From: Nitrospirales bacterium
GTDB taxonomy: Bacteria > Nitrospirota > Nitrospiria > Nitrospirales > UBA8639
DNA length: 64,000 bases
NCBI GenBank assembly: GCA_965203295.1
Contig: CBDBCZ010000013.1
Location: 512,001 to 576,000 of the forward strand
Direction of reading: 5' to 3'
The position numbers were made by a program, and so were the translations under genes. Shown piece after piece: positions 1-28,532 of this stretch (position 1 is the first letter of the stretch; each line of letters begins with the position of its first letter). The notes below the pieces were generated by a model, which ran no database searches, had not been told where the DNA came from, and was given only the letters and a program-made list of their open reading frames with translations.

Positions 1-1219
1 TGATGGTTGTGGGTGAGAGTTGGTGAACACAGCCAGTAGTACGTTGTAATTCTGATTAGTGAGTAAGTCTTATGTCGGTATTCCAGTGCTTGAAAGCCAC
101 ACCTACTAACACCTTCAATCCCCAAAAAACACCTGCATGTCTCCTAAATATTGGGATAGGGTTAAAAACATAAGTGAAGGAGTCTCCTTGTGAACCTAGT
201 GGTCTAAAGGGCCTAGATTGTTTTCCTAGAATAACAAGGACAAATGGATGAAACTAGTATTCGCTCGCTCGTCAACATGAGTTCTTCAGGGGAAATAATG
301 ATCAGTGCTATTTTCTGACTATTGGATCTAGTTGTAATCATATGGTATGGTTTGCCTTGAATATCTCACATTTCAGTTCCACAAGACCAGAGTTGTGACT
401 ATGATTAATTATTTCAGTGCATGTGCAAGACTTGCTCTCAAGTTTGAGAAAGGGAAAATCAATTTTGTTGGTCAGATCACTCTGGTTCTTGGCCCATCAA
501 TTATTGTAAATACTTGTAACAATACACAGCATTATTTATAACCACACCCCTAACCACAGATCTGCTTTAACGCAGCACATGGCTGAAGCTAGATGAGTGC
601 AGTACATGGTGAGGTGAAGTCTAAGGTTATTGAAGCTATAGAGCAAGAGCAACTAAATGTTTCACCACTACCATCCTGATCGCCATGTCTGATGCACTGA
701 CAGATGCTACAAGAACTTGAAAGTTCCATTATTATAGCTGCTCGTGTAGTGTTGTTTTAGTACAGTTCCATATGAATAGGATAAAACTAGAAGTCTCTAC
801 ATACCTGCAGAATTCACAACTGGGACTGCAGACTTGGCTGTACAGCGGTAAATGCATCACGCTGTGATGTGTGGGCAGTCTGTGCACGCCTTCCGGTGTG
901 CATTGTCACTTATTTCTTTGGTTTTTGGGGAAGTGTTTTTTGCTGGAAGTGCATCCCTACATGACTGGTTTTTGCACTTTTTGGAAAGTGCTTTTTCTGT
1001 AACTTGTTTTGTATATTACATGAACACTGGGCCACTGGCTGACTTCTCAAGTCATTCACAGACAAGACAACTATTGAACAGCTATAACACACAATTACAT
1101 GATGGCAATAATGCCAGATATATATATATGATAGATTGCAGTAGAATGAATATTACACACATCCCGAGTTGTGTGTGCACTGAATGTCAATAGGATCCCG
1201 AGTCCCACAGGATATATAA

Positions 1220-4200
1220 TTATAAATCTTCCTCTCCACTCTCCTCCTCATGAACAAACTTAGTCCATCGCGAAGAAGACTGAGCACCAACATCAGTCAG
1301 GTCCGTTCGCGAGTATCTACTAATATCCTTCCGAATGATTGCCATTTGCTGCTTGTGAGTGGGAGAAAGTTTCGAGAGGTTTTGCATGGACTGTGAGATG
1401 GCTTGGTCTTCCTGGTAGACGAAGGTATCGCCATCCAATCTCGTGTACCTCTCTGACGTCTGGGTAGAGTTGAGCATGTAGCAGGACCTGGATGTCGTCA
1501 GTCTCCCCGGCTGGCCGTCCAGTAGCACCTCCATCTTTCGACTGACGCTGGAGTATGGGTACACCACCTCCACTCCCTTGTTGATCTTGGAACTCGAGCT
1601 CCTGGTAGGGAGGTGAGTCCGGGCCGACTTTGAGACGGGGTAGACGTCAGAGCTCCTCCTGTTTGAGAGAGAGTGGGGACCGTGACTGAAACATAATCTG
1701 CCGGATGGTTTGCTAGTCACTAGGCCACATTTACAGTAGAAAAAACATTGTGCATTTAATTAGAAAGCAGTTTGGATCTGCATTAATACTGTCCACACGC
1801 TTACGAGGAAGCCAGTTTTGCGCATCGTATAAATTCATCCACCGATTCACGTCAGTTGATTCATCCGCTGATTCATCCCTAGGGTTAGGGCTAGGGTTAG
1901 GGTTCGAGAGGGTTAAGGTTAGGGCTAGGGTTAGGGTTGGGGTTAGGGTTAGGGCTAGGGTTAGGGTTAGGGTTAGGGTGAGGGAGGGTGAGGGCTAGGG
2001 TTTGGGTTAGATTGAATGAATCGGCGGATTCGTCCTTAGGGTTAGGGCTAGGATTAGGGTTTAGGAGGGTTAATTAAGATTAGGGTTAGGATTAGGGGTA
2101 AGGGTTTGAGTTAGATTGAATGAATTGGCGAACGCAAATCGGCAGATAATTTAAGGCTGGTGTTTTGTGCCTAATTCAGTTTCTAACGTAATGCAAACCA
2201 CCTCCTGAAGTGGGCCGGTTTGAAGGTAAACCGATTCAGCATGTTTACACATGATCAATTTAGTTTTACACCGGATTTCTGAACCGGTTTAAATTAATAG
2301 AGTAAATGGGCTATTACTAGACTAAGTCTGATTCCCAGATGCCATCACCCCAGGACTGCAACAAAGAGGAACACCAAAGATGAACAGTAGGGTAGCAGAA
2401 AGTTCAGAGCAGAGTTGTCATCAGCAAAAGCATTATTCATGTTAGAGATCACACAGTGGCTCATTACAGCTTAGTCTCATGCCCAGCCCCACATTAGGAA
2501 GGTGGGTCTGTCTCCCCGTATATTCAAAGTTGGGGCAGCATTACGTCAGCGGTCCCAGATCTGGACCGGCAATGTGATTGGTTGATTATAGCATTATATC
2601 ACTAAACGGTTGCAGTATCCGGATATCGATACTAGCGGCCACATGGACACCATCCGTTTGGTGATGTAATATTTAATATGATGTAATACTAACCCAACTT
2701 TGAATATACGAGGAGCCAGACCCACCTTTCTAATGTGGGGCTGGGCACGAGACTAATTACAGTTGTGAACTGCCACTCTCAGCTTGCTGAGCACTACTGA
2801 GCAAGTCTCTAAAAAATGAGCCTGCACCATAATGATTAATACTGCTGAGAGTGAATCCAACCTTTACAGAGGGATGTGGACGAGAGACCCCACTACAGTG
2901 TAAATGAGGCATGAGGCATAGCTGGAAAATTTGGTGGAGAGCTATATTTGGCAAAACAGCATCCATCCCTCCAGCTGTAAATAAAGATTGGTTGAATTAA
3001 ATTTGGCGCTTGGTGATTGCGAAGCGAAGAAAAACATTATGTCAGATACTGAAGTACGTACATTATCTATCATTTTACACAAGACTACTCATACTCCATT
3101 GTCAGTAGAAGCACTGCAGTGAAAGACAGAGAGAGGTAACATCGATTTAAAGATCCCTACGCTGTGGCAGATAATATATGCGAAGGAACACTGTTGTTGG
3201 CCATGTCCCCAGAAAATTATCGACAGCTCGCTCGCTATTCCTCCAAGAGTCACTGCACTGTTTCCTGAGTTAGGTAGTCTTTAGTGGACTCGCCTAAAGG
3301 ACAGCTGGAAGTGTCATTAACAAAATATTGTCTGCAGTTTATTTTGTGTAAAATTAAATTCGAGGTGCTGTCGCTGATATCGCCAAACAGCCAAATTGAA
3401 TTCTCTGTCAAATGTTTCGGCTATACGGTATTATAACTGATAGTACTCAGCGTGGTTATTGGCACCTTCTCATTTCTGTTCTCTGTTTCTTATGAGCCTG
3501 GACAAACTCATCTCTGTCAGTGGTGTACGTTTCTTCACCGTCTGAATCCTGGAGGGATTAATACAAGATTACAGGGGCTGTAGAATTAATTCAGCCTCAT
3601 TCTCACACAAATTTCTCTGATAAATAAAAATCAATTGGGGAAGTTTGTGATCATCAGTGCCTAACCGACTTAATATTTCATTTTATAAGATGACACTGGT
3701 AAATAGGACAGTCCTTCTACTACATGCATAAAGCACAATTTTAGTAATTACAGGTAAAGGATAGGCAGGGTTTCATAAATGGAACAACAATCAAGGGGAA
3801 GACTAGCCACAAACCTAGGCATTCACCCACATTTCATCTGCAAGATGAAATCTGGGTGAAGAACGCCTGTAATCTTAATTACATCAGGACCCTTTAGGAT
3901 TTTCTTAGCATCAGCTAATGCACATTGAGATATAATACACATACATATCACCACTCCATCCCCCTTACATGTAACTAAAAGCCTGCACGGTATGGGTATA
4001 AAAGGCAAGTTATTGTAGCTAATGAGTGCTGGCTAAGTTAAGTGGATACTTCGATTTTCTAGTGGTTATTCGGCCAATTAGAATACTCCGGTTCTAATCA
4101 CAACACCCACTGACGCAGTCCACCTTTTTTTCAAATATTTTTTTGTTTCTCTTTCCATTGCAACTATCTAGCCAATCAAGCTTGCTCATTTCGGTTATGA

Positions 4201-7200
4201 AGAACATAATATACTACCAAATTTTAATTTAGTAATATCACAAACTACTTAAGAAGCATGTCTAAATACACACACATGAAAGAGTAATCTCAAGACTGCG
4301 CAATTCATTCATATACTCCAGAGACATTCCTTACACTCCTAGCTATTGAAAGAATGCCCTGGTTGCGATATTCACAGCCAATCATCTGTAATGTATATCA
4401 TGATTATGGAACAGGCTTGGCAGCTTGGCTCCTCACGGGTGTGGGCGGTGCTCTGTAGCTGGCTCTGTCCTTTAACCTAGCCTCATTCCAAGACCCCGTG
4501 ACACAGGAAAATGGTTCCATGAAAGCCATCACAGTTCGTGTAACTTAAAAATGGCATGGGGTCTGGGAATGAGGCTAGGTCTATCCTAACCTACCATGCA
4601 TGCATCCTCAGTGTTCATAAGAAAGTGCCGGGGGGGGGGGGGCAAATGTGGAATGTTGATGAGTTGGGGGGGGGGGGGGGGGCAAATGTGGAATGTTGAT
4701 GAGTTGGGGGGGGGGGGGTGTACTGGCTATGTACAAATTATGAAGGATTGGCAATCTAAGATCTAAGGGGGAACAAATTCTTCAAATTTTGGTGAGATCA
4801 CTATTAATCCGTAATACATGTATATATGCATGAATAATTACTACATTATGCATGTACAGTGGAACCCCTCAGGACACAACCTGAATAAGGACACCTCTGC
4901 GTTAAGGACACTTTGTTACGTCCCAAATACGCTTTCTAAATATAAATCTACCCCTGAAACGAGTCTATACAGTATATGCTTTACCAGGTCCCCAAGATGT
5001 ACACAATAAAGGAGTTCCACACGTCCTTATAGTACATGTACAATGCACCTCAGAGTCTGAGTCTGAGTAAATATACTCCTGAAATGAGGACACCTCTGTA
5101 TACAGGACACTTTACCAGGTCCCCAAGGTGTCCACAATAAAGGAGTTCCACTGTACACGTCCTTATAGTACAATGCACCTCAGAGTCGGAGTCCAGTGGC
5201 TCTATGAAAGTCGTCCATCTACTGTCTCCTCCCTCGATCAGCACTGGGTGTGGCAGCTGCCATGGAAACAATCACAGTGACTACAGCGACTGCTCTGCTA
5301 CAGACTACCCTGATACAGAGTTACGTGTTCGACTGGAGAGAAATCGCACAACTGCCCATTAACTAACAGAATGATAGAGAAAACACAACGGCCTATATCG
5401 CCAGTCCAAATTAATCTTTTGTTTCACAGACTTTTAAATTGTTCCTTGTACCAGTAACCCAGTAGGCCGGTCAGAAAATTTCAAAATCCACTCTTTGACC
5501 CATGATGCATTAGAAAATTTTATTTTGAAACCACCAGTACATGTAACTCTCTAAAATTCTTCTCCCAGCCAATTTTCAAACTTTTTCGACAAACTGCAAT
5601 GGTTACAAACCCCGTTTCACGACAACTAACGGCCAAGTAAAACTGTACGATGTCTTCATTATAGCTAAAATTTGCCACGTGCTCTCAGGGCTATGGCATC
5701 ATTCATTTATAAATATGAGGTGAACACGACGGGCCCTCCCACACAATTCATTTTCCTTTCTAGGACACAATGAACCGGATCTGTGAAACAGAATATCAAC
5801 TTGGTCTGGCCATAGACAGTACAGTACCAGGCAAATGAAATGCAACATAACTAGGTGAATGCAAGCATTGTGGGGCGAGCGTGAGCGAGGTATTAGCCCA
5901 TGCGTACGATAGCGGCGACGCGCCCTCAGCAGCTCTTTTGGCTCCTTCTCTCGCCTCAGTGTCACTTGTCGGTGGCCCCCCGAGAAATGACAGCTCTTCT
6001 GGCTCTAGAACTCGCTCTCTGCTGTTCCAATGTGACTTATCGCCAACCTGGGGATATATACGGCAGCGCTGTAGCCTCTGCCGCTGCAGTCTACTCTGTG
6101 AGAGCATCCCTAAGCTAGCTGCACTGCAGCCACCGTGGCCACGTGAACAATTTGGAATATTACGGAAACTATTTGAAACGTTATATTGAAACGCGAAACG
6201 ATATGCGGTATGTGCGTACGTACGTACGTACGTGCGTACACCGTACGCACAGACAAATTCTCAATTGAACACACTAGTGTGGGGCTCGCTCACGCTCGCC
6301 CAATAACGGTATAGGAATTCGTAGTTACGGACAGCGTAGTATGGTGTAGTGTAATTACAGAATGATAAAAAAGCAGCGTACTTGTGTTACAGTAGAGTGT
6401 AGCTGTGGTTAACTCTTACTACACTGTTTGTGCAATGTACGTACATGTAGCATACCCAAGTGTAGTCGTGGTCAGTGTAATACGGCGCAACTGTGTGTAT
6501 GTAACTACGGCATTGCTACGCTCTGTATGATGTGTACAGTTTAAGGGTATTGTAATTACGTCATCTGTAGTGTAATCGTAATGTACGTAATGTAATAACG
6601 TTGCATTTAGTTTCACTGGTACTATAGAGTACTAGAAGTCCTTGTACTCTACTACAGTATCTATGGGCTGGCCTTAGCCTTGTTCCCAGGCTGACCGCTT
6701 ATTTTACTACGTGCAAAAAAAAGCTGGGCAGAAGGAACTAGGAACAAGGCTAGTCTGGCCTAAGGATGAATACATGTGTTAAAAAGACATTAATTAAACC
6801 TGACAGTTAGTGGTTGACGGTCCACCCGGTTTTAATCAGCTAGAGAACACACAAACCCAGCTCATGCTCGCGGCCACTCACCTGCTCCTCCCCCGGCTGC
6901 GGCTGGGGCTCGTCAGCCGTGAAGGTGCTGGCGTAGTCCTCGGGAGGGTGCATGGGGTTCTCCAGGGCTGCCGCCACCCTACGAGGGACACATACAGCTT
7001 GCTAGACTATATATGGTGTACATAATGTGCTTTGATCTTTCGAATATAATTTTAATGAGAGGTCTATAGACACCTTATCAAAAATTCGTACATGTATTTT
7101 ACACTGAGAAACTGAAAGCTGGAAACTATAGCCTAAGCTAGATAGTGCCACCAGGCAGGTATCTCAGCTGTTTATAATTAGCGACCTCACATAATCGCCT

Positions 7201-10200
7201 TGGTCTTCATCCTCATGAAGTAATTGTAGGTAGCATCCATCAGGTCTCTAAAACAGCTAAGATACTCGCCTGAGGGCACTAACCTATACTTGAAAACTAC
7301 CGCTTGTTGGGAAAGCACTCCTAGGGGATTTGTTTGTGAACCCTACATATCTGCATGTGGCTACTTCATGTGTATTCATGTGTACAGCAATGATGTCTTA
7401 TTACAACAGTATTGTGTATTTGTTGTGCTAGCTGATCAAGACATACAGTTAATAGCACATGCCACACTACAGTGGACCAGGTCTGTCTAATCCATACAGA
7501 TCTTGTACCCAGGCACGTCCCGACTCCTGATCTATAATAACATTAATCAATTAAGGCTAATTAGGCCCCAACTAAAGTCAACTCCTCCCAATTCATTTGG
7601 TAGTCAACGTAAAGTACGAAGCAGTGCTATATTCACATACTTGCCCAAAACACATTTTGCCGTGAATATTTCCAGAACGAGTTACTATAATAGCTGCCTA
7701 ACATTAAAGGCAATTGTGAGTGAATCTTGCGTGGCACATTTCAAGTTCCTGTGGCTAGCTTCAAGTTAGCTACCTGTAGGGACATGTAACTAGAGAAGAT
7801 TTGTGTAGCAGTAGTTATTAGTAACTCGTTCCACTGCAAATGTGTTTTGGACGAGTAAGTGGATAAAGTAGCTTTGAAGAGCATGCAGAGAGTACCTCCT
7901 CCTATAGTCTCTGAATCTGTGCCTAGTCTAGTACATGGCTATGTATCCTAGTCTAGTATATGGCTATGCAGTACATGGCTATGTATCTTTGTCTAGTACA
8001 TGGCTATGCAGTACATGGCTATGTATCCTAGTCTAGTATATGGCTATGCAGTACATGGCTATGTATCCTAGTCTAGTATATGGCTATGTATCCTAGTCTA
8101 GTATATGGCTATGCAGTACATGGCTATGTATCCTAGTCTAGTATATGGCTATGCAGTACATGGCTATGTATCCTAGTCTAGTATATGGCTATGTATCCTA
8201 GTCTAGTATATGGCTATGTATCCTAGTCTAGTATATGGCTATGCAGTACATGGCTATGTATCCTAGTCTAGTATATGGCTATGTATCCAGTCTGGTACAT
8301 GGCTATGTATGCTAGTCTAGTATATGGCTATGCAGTACATGGCTATGTATCCTTGTCTAGTATATGGCTATGTAGTACATGGCTGGCTATATGTCGTACA
8401 TCACAGTGTGGAATCCAGTCTGCACTGTGATGACTGTGCTCCAATGGAAGGTGTGCATTTTTGTGATCACATTTGATGGGAAGATTATAGTCTCCATCCC
8501 ATTGTAGTATCTTGGAGCCTTACTGTCAGGAAACTTTGACCCCAGGTCTAATATATGTGCACACAAACAGATATTTCTCACTTCTCAGCCTCCTTCTGTC
8601 CCCTCATCATGTTCATCTTCTGGACATGCTTCCGGCAGTCAGCAGCGTTGCCCTTCCCGAACACCTGCACGGATGAGTCGTGAAACTAGTGAATAACACA
8701 GCAGTCTCGCATCATGACCCTGAGCTCTGATATGCACGTGAAGTACCATATGAGAAATAGCAGTTCTACAAATTTAGAACACTATACAACTAGCCTCGTG
8801 CCCAGTCTCCATAGCCTCGTACCTAGGCCACACCTACCAGGGCTTTATTCAGGTTCTTATGTTGGGGGGGGGGGGGGGGAAACAGTGACCTGTAAAGAAG
8901 CACGGATCACTAGGGGGGTATAGGGGCATGCCCCCCCCAATAACATTTTTGACTTCTGAAGCCACTTTGGAGTCAAATTAATGGTCCTGAAAAAACAATA
9001 TAAGTGTTAGTTATTGTTATGATATGTATATTAATATTACTACACTACTGCTACTTAAATTTCTCTACCCTGTCTCTCGTCTGTCCTCTACTTTCACTCT
9101 CCGTGGCAAAACGCTTTTTGCCACGGCTGCGAAAAAAGCTGTGAGGGAAGGCCTGGGTACGAGGCTAATCTCTATACCATGAATAGCCTATAGCCTAACC
9201 TTGACAACCGACTGCTTCTCATTGCAGACCTTACACACCCACTTGTTGGTCTTCTTAACCTGAGGGTGAAAATGCTAAATGATTACGCCATTATTTCAGA
9301 GGCACAGTGTACATGCAAGTACTAGAGGGAGTCCTGTATCCTAAGCACTTTAAAACAGAGCAGCAGACCAGTTCTGCTTTAGCCTCGTTCCCAGGCTCTC
9401 GTCCAGGGAATGGGGAATGGTAAACAGAGCTAGCCGCGTTCCCAGGCTCTCGTCCAGGGAATGGGGAATGGTAAACAGAGCTAGCCTCGTTCCCAGGCTC
9501 TCGTCCAGGGAATGAGAAACGGGAAACAGAGCTAGCCTCGTTCCCAGGCTCTCGTCCAGGGAATGGGGAATGGTAAACAGAGCTAGCCTCGTTCCCAGGC
9601 TCTCGTCCAGGGAATGGGGAATGGTAAACAGAGCTAGCCTCGTTCCCAGGCTCTCGTCCAGGGAATGAGAAACGGGAAACAGAGCTAGCCTCGTTCCCAG
9701 GCTCTCGTCCAGGGAATGGGGAATGGTAAACAGAGCTAGCCTCGTTCCCAGGCTCTCATCCAGGTTGTTGTTGCTCCGCTTGTTGTATTGCAAGAGATGA
9801 AAAGTTCAATGATTCAGAGAGCCTGGGAATGAGGCGAGCTCTGTTTCCATTCCTTATTCTGGTGGGTGCAGAAGCTATGAGCGGAAAAGCTCCGCTCATA
9901 TAAAGCTCCTGGCGAGACTAAGTTGGTTGCACGATAGAGTTGTCCCACCGCTGTACCTTTGTACAACCAACTAAACCAGGGGGTTGGGGTCGAGGCTACT
10001 TCTGCTGCACCGTGGCAACTTTCTGATCTCCCAGTACAAGTTGGACGATTGCTAAACTGGTTTGCCTTCAGCATCCTCCCACACACAGACCAAAACTTAT
10101 GATGCAAGTGGTAGTCTGGATTACACAACAACCCTGCATCTCTCAGCTGCTAATCTACTATATCAGTGTAAAAAATCAAAAGCACATGTACATAATTTAG

Positions 10201-10487
10201 CAGGCCGCACCTGCTCAGTGCTTACCCCCTTATCCCCACCCATAGAAAGTAGATAGTAGAGTGGAAGGACTGTCCTTTTACTCTACTTATCTATGTCCCC
10301 ACCATTAATTGGCCTTCATTCTAGTCTCATTCCCAGACCCACCACGCCTGACTGGGAACGAGACTGTCTTCATTCCCAGCTGCTAAATCATGTCAATTTC
10401 TATCGACTAGTACCTCACCTGGTGCACTTGGAAAGTCTCACACGAGTAGCAGCGTACCACCATGAAAACCTGGACCATCTTTGCCAT
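1220..10487 (-). CDS. MRNIP: MRN complex-interacting protein (C5orf45-like), spliced. Exons 10487-10419, 9259-9200, 8664-8582, 6978-6882, 5256-5179, 3548-3466, 2892-2862, 2355-~2318, ~1712-1220 (last two junctions uncertain)
   Basis: Spliced translation MAKMVQVFMVVRCYSCETFQVHQ/VKKTNKWVCKVCNEKQSVVK/VFGKGNAADCRKHVQKMNMMRG matches the MRNIP N-terminal CxxC...CxxC zinc domain as I recall it. GT/AG phases are consistent through exon 7. An SRWxxF motif occurs in exon 5 and again at the end of ORF 1220-1720. Confidence 0.85.
1834..2135 (+). repeat. Degenerate (TTAGGG)n array inside a dispersed element
   Basis: Telomere-like hexamers flanked by GATTCATCC and ATGAATTGGCGAA. The same flanks surround the inverted array at 62620-62965. 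Confidence 0.8.
2472..2755. mobile_element. TAGTCTC-ended MITE with long TIRs and 9-bp TSD
   Basis: ~39 bp TIRs; flanks ATTACAGCT/ATTACAGTT; inverted copy at 14774-15041. Confidence 0.85.
5851..6305 (-). mobile_element. Non-autonomous Helitron/Helentron-like element
   Basis: Subterminal inverted repeats GGGCGAGCGTGAGCGAG/CTCGCTCACGCTCGCCC, a 3' hairpin AATGC-TT-GCATT, then CTAG. No TSD seen. Inverted near-identical copy at 45951-46395. Confidence 0.75.
7922..8384. repeat. Minisatellite of interleaved ~25-bp and 15-bp units
   Basis: TGGCTATGTATCCTAGTCTAGTATA and TGGCTATGCAGTACA repeated in variable order. Confidence 0.95.
9380..9762. repeat. 51-bp minisatellite (~7.5 units) derived from a TAGCCTCG transposon end
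   Basis: Unit TAGCCTCGTTCCCAGGCTCTCGTCCAGGGAATGGGGAATGGTAAACAGAGC; every third unit is a variant. Confidence 0.95.
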
Positions 10488-10813
10488 CTACCGACTTTGT
10501 CTTTGCCGCCAAAATAATTATAGGAAGGGGGTGGAGCAGAGCCGGCTACGCTTTGTGCATGCCACAAAGCAACAGAGAAACCAGCAGAGTCTGTGGACTA
10601 AAAGCTGCTGAGTTTACGATCAGGCTATGTTGGTAAATAGATGATAGTTCATTCATTTGCATGCTTGTGCGTGATGAATTCCCGCAGCATGCAGACGTAG
10701 ATGTGGGGGTGTGGCTAGCAGTACGCATGCGCAAAAGTGGTGGTTTGCATCATTACCACATCTAAGGTAACAAGCCTACGTCATAATTAATTCAAAGAAA
10801 AACACGTCGAAAA
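10488..10813. promoter_or_regulatory. Bidirectional promoter between MRNIP and TTC39C
   Basis: Divergent ATGs 326 bp apart. CpG-containing segment with an NRF1-like GCATGCGCA near 10725 and a YY1-like AAAATGGC overlapping the TTC39C start. Confidence 0.6.
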
Positions 10814-26955
<16,142 letters not shown>

Positions 26956-28532
26956 GATTCTGTCACCTCTACATGTACCCTTCTCTGTCTGTGCACATGT
27001 AATCACTCACCCGGTGCATTTCCGACGTTCACGCTCTGTATGTACTATACATCTGAAATGTTTTTTTATTATTACCTGCACAAAGTTATATCTGAAAGAT
27101 GATGGCTATTAATTTTTTGCTTTAAGTCAACCAAGTGTACACATGCACACGTATCATAAACACACACACACACACACACACAGCCTCGTACCCAAACCTA
27201 TGGAATTTTGCGACAGGTCTAGGTATATACATGTATGAGGCTACAAGGGCCGAAGAACCAGAGTGATTTAGTTCAAAACAAGACTGGGAATTACATCAAT
27301 GCGGTAAAAAAAACGTGCATAAACGCACGTCATGTACCCTAGATCTCAAATGTTTAGTATAATTATTATAGCTAGTATGTCATATAGAACAATAATGAAC
27401 ACATGCAAAGAAAGGGCCTTATTGTGGTTTTGAAATTAATATTCTTATACATGTACCTCCTTCTCCTGCATGTTTGTTTGTTAAGGTAGCTATAAAGGAG
27501 TTATATGCGCATGTAGACTGTTTGCTTTATATCTGAAAAAGCCTAAAGTTCATCATCGTGTTCAACAGTTTAATATTCTAGAAATGAATGGACAACTGCC
27601 TGCATACATTTGTAAGCAGGGCAGTACAGGCTGTGTGCAGGATTCTGGCAAAATAATGGGTGTAGTGGTGTGATCTCACAATGTACTTAGTGAGGGTAAA
27701 CGATCAAGAACAGGCTCACTGAGTTTTTTCACATCTGTTAGACTAGTGAATTACCATGCATTGTTCAGCGTTGGACTTGTTTGTACTTACGACATTAAGT
27801 AGCCACTTGATCTAACTGTCATTGTTGTATTATATTCTCAGGAGCCATACAGCCCACAATTGTTCCTCAGCACCAATACTGAAAGTGATCGACAGTGCAG
27901 AAATAAGTGAGCTGGTTCACGATTGTGAGACAATCACTGTAGTATTAGCTCTCTGTCACTGTTGCTTTTGTGTCAAAGTTTTTCGGCACTGCAATTCCAG
28001 CTCTTCACCAATTCACCTACTATAGTCTATATTATATTATTATCATGCCAATATTATTTGCCAAAAGCCTACATCTCTCCCTGTGCAGATATTGCATGCT
28101 TGGCACAGGATACATATGGGGGGCTAAACTAACTACATCGCAGACCATTTCAAAACTTATTAAGTCTTATAAGATACAATTTTATGAATATGATGTGAGC
28201 AGCAAAACATGTATAGGTACCTGGTTGTGATAATTACAGGATCAACGTATGTTGGAAATGTTAAGAAAATGATTGAAAGGAACCAGTGACAATGATTACA
28301 GCACAAAACCTTAACTGGATAATAATAAGCAATGAATGTAACAATTTTTATTGTAGCAAATGAATAATATGCAGTATGCACTTACAACCAAATGCAGTGA
28401 ACTGAGAAAATACAAGACCAAAATAACGGAGAGGACTGAAAATTCATGTTGGCATGAAAAAAGCAAACCAGTACAAATTCAATTATGTCTGAACAGTGTT
28501 TCCATGACATTGTGGCATGGCTTTAAAAGTTT

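Noticed and set aside
560..679. Possible terminal exon of an upstream gene, or a selenoprotein (HG-TGA-S-TAG)
   Set aside because: The frame is ambiguous, I could not fold a convincing SECIS downstream, and the rest of the gene lies outside the window.
1880..2110. True telomere or chromosome end
   Set aside because: Degenerate, short, inside a gene, and with flanks shared by another internal copy.
5699..6189. Cluster of overlapping ORFs duplicated at 46.0-46.4 kb
   Set aside because: They lie in a non-autonomous repeat and show no recognisable domain.
9350..9793. 147-aa repetitive ORF (LDESLGTRL...)
   Set aside because: Artefact of a 51-bp intronic minisatellite.
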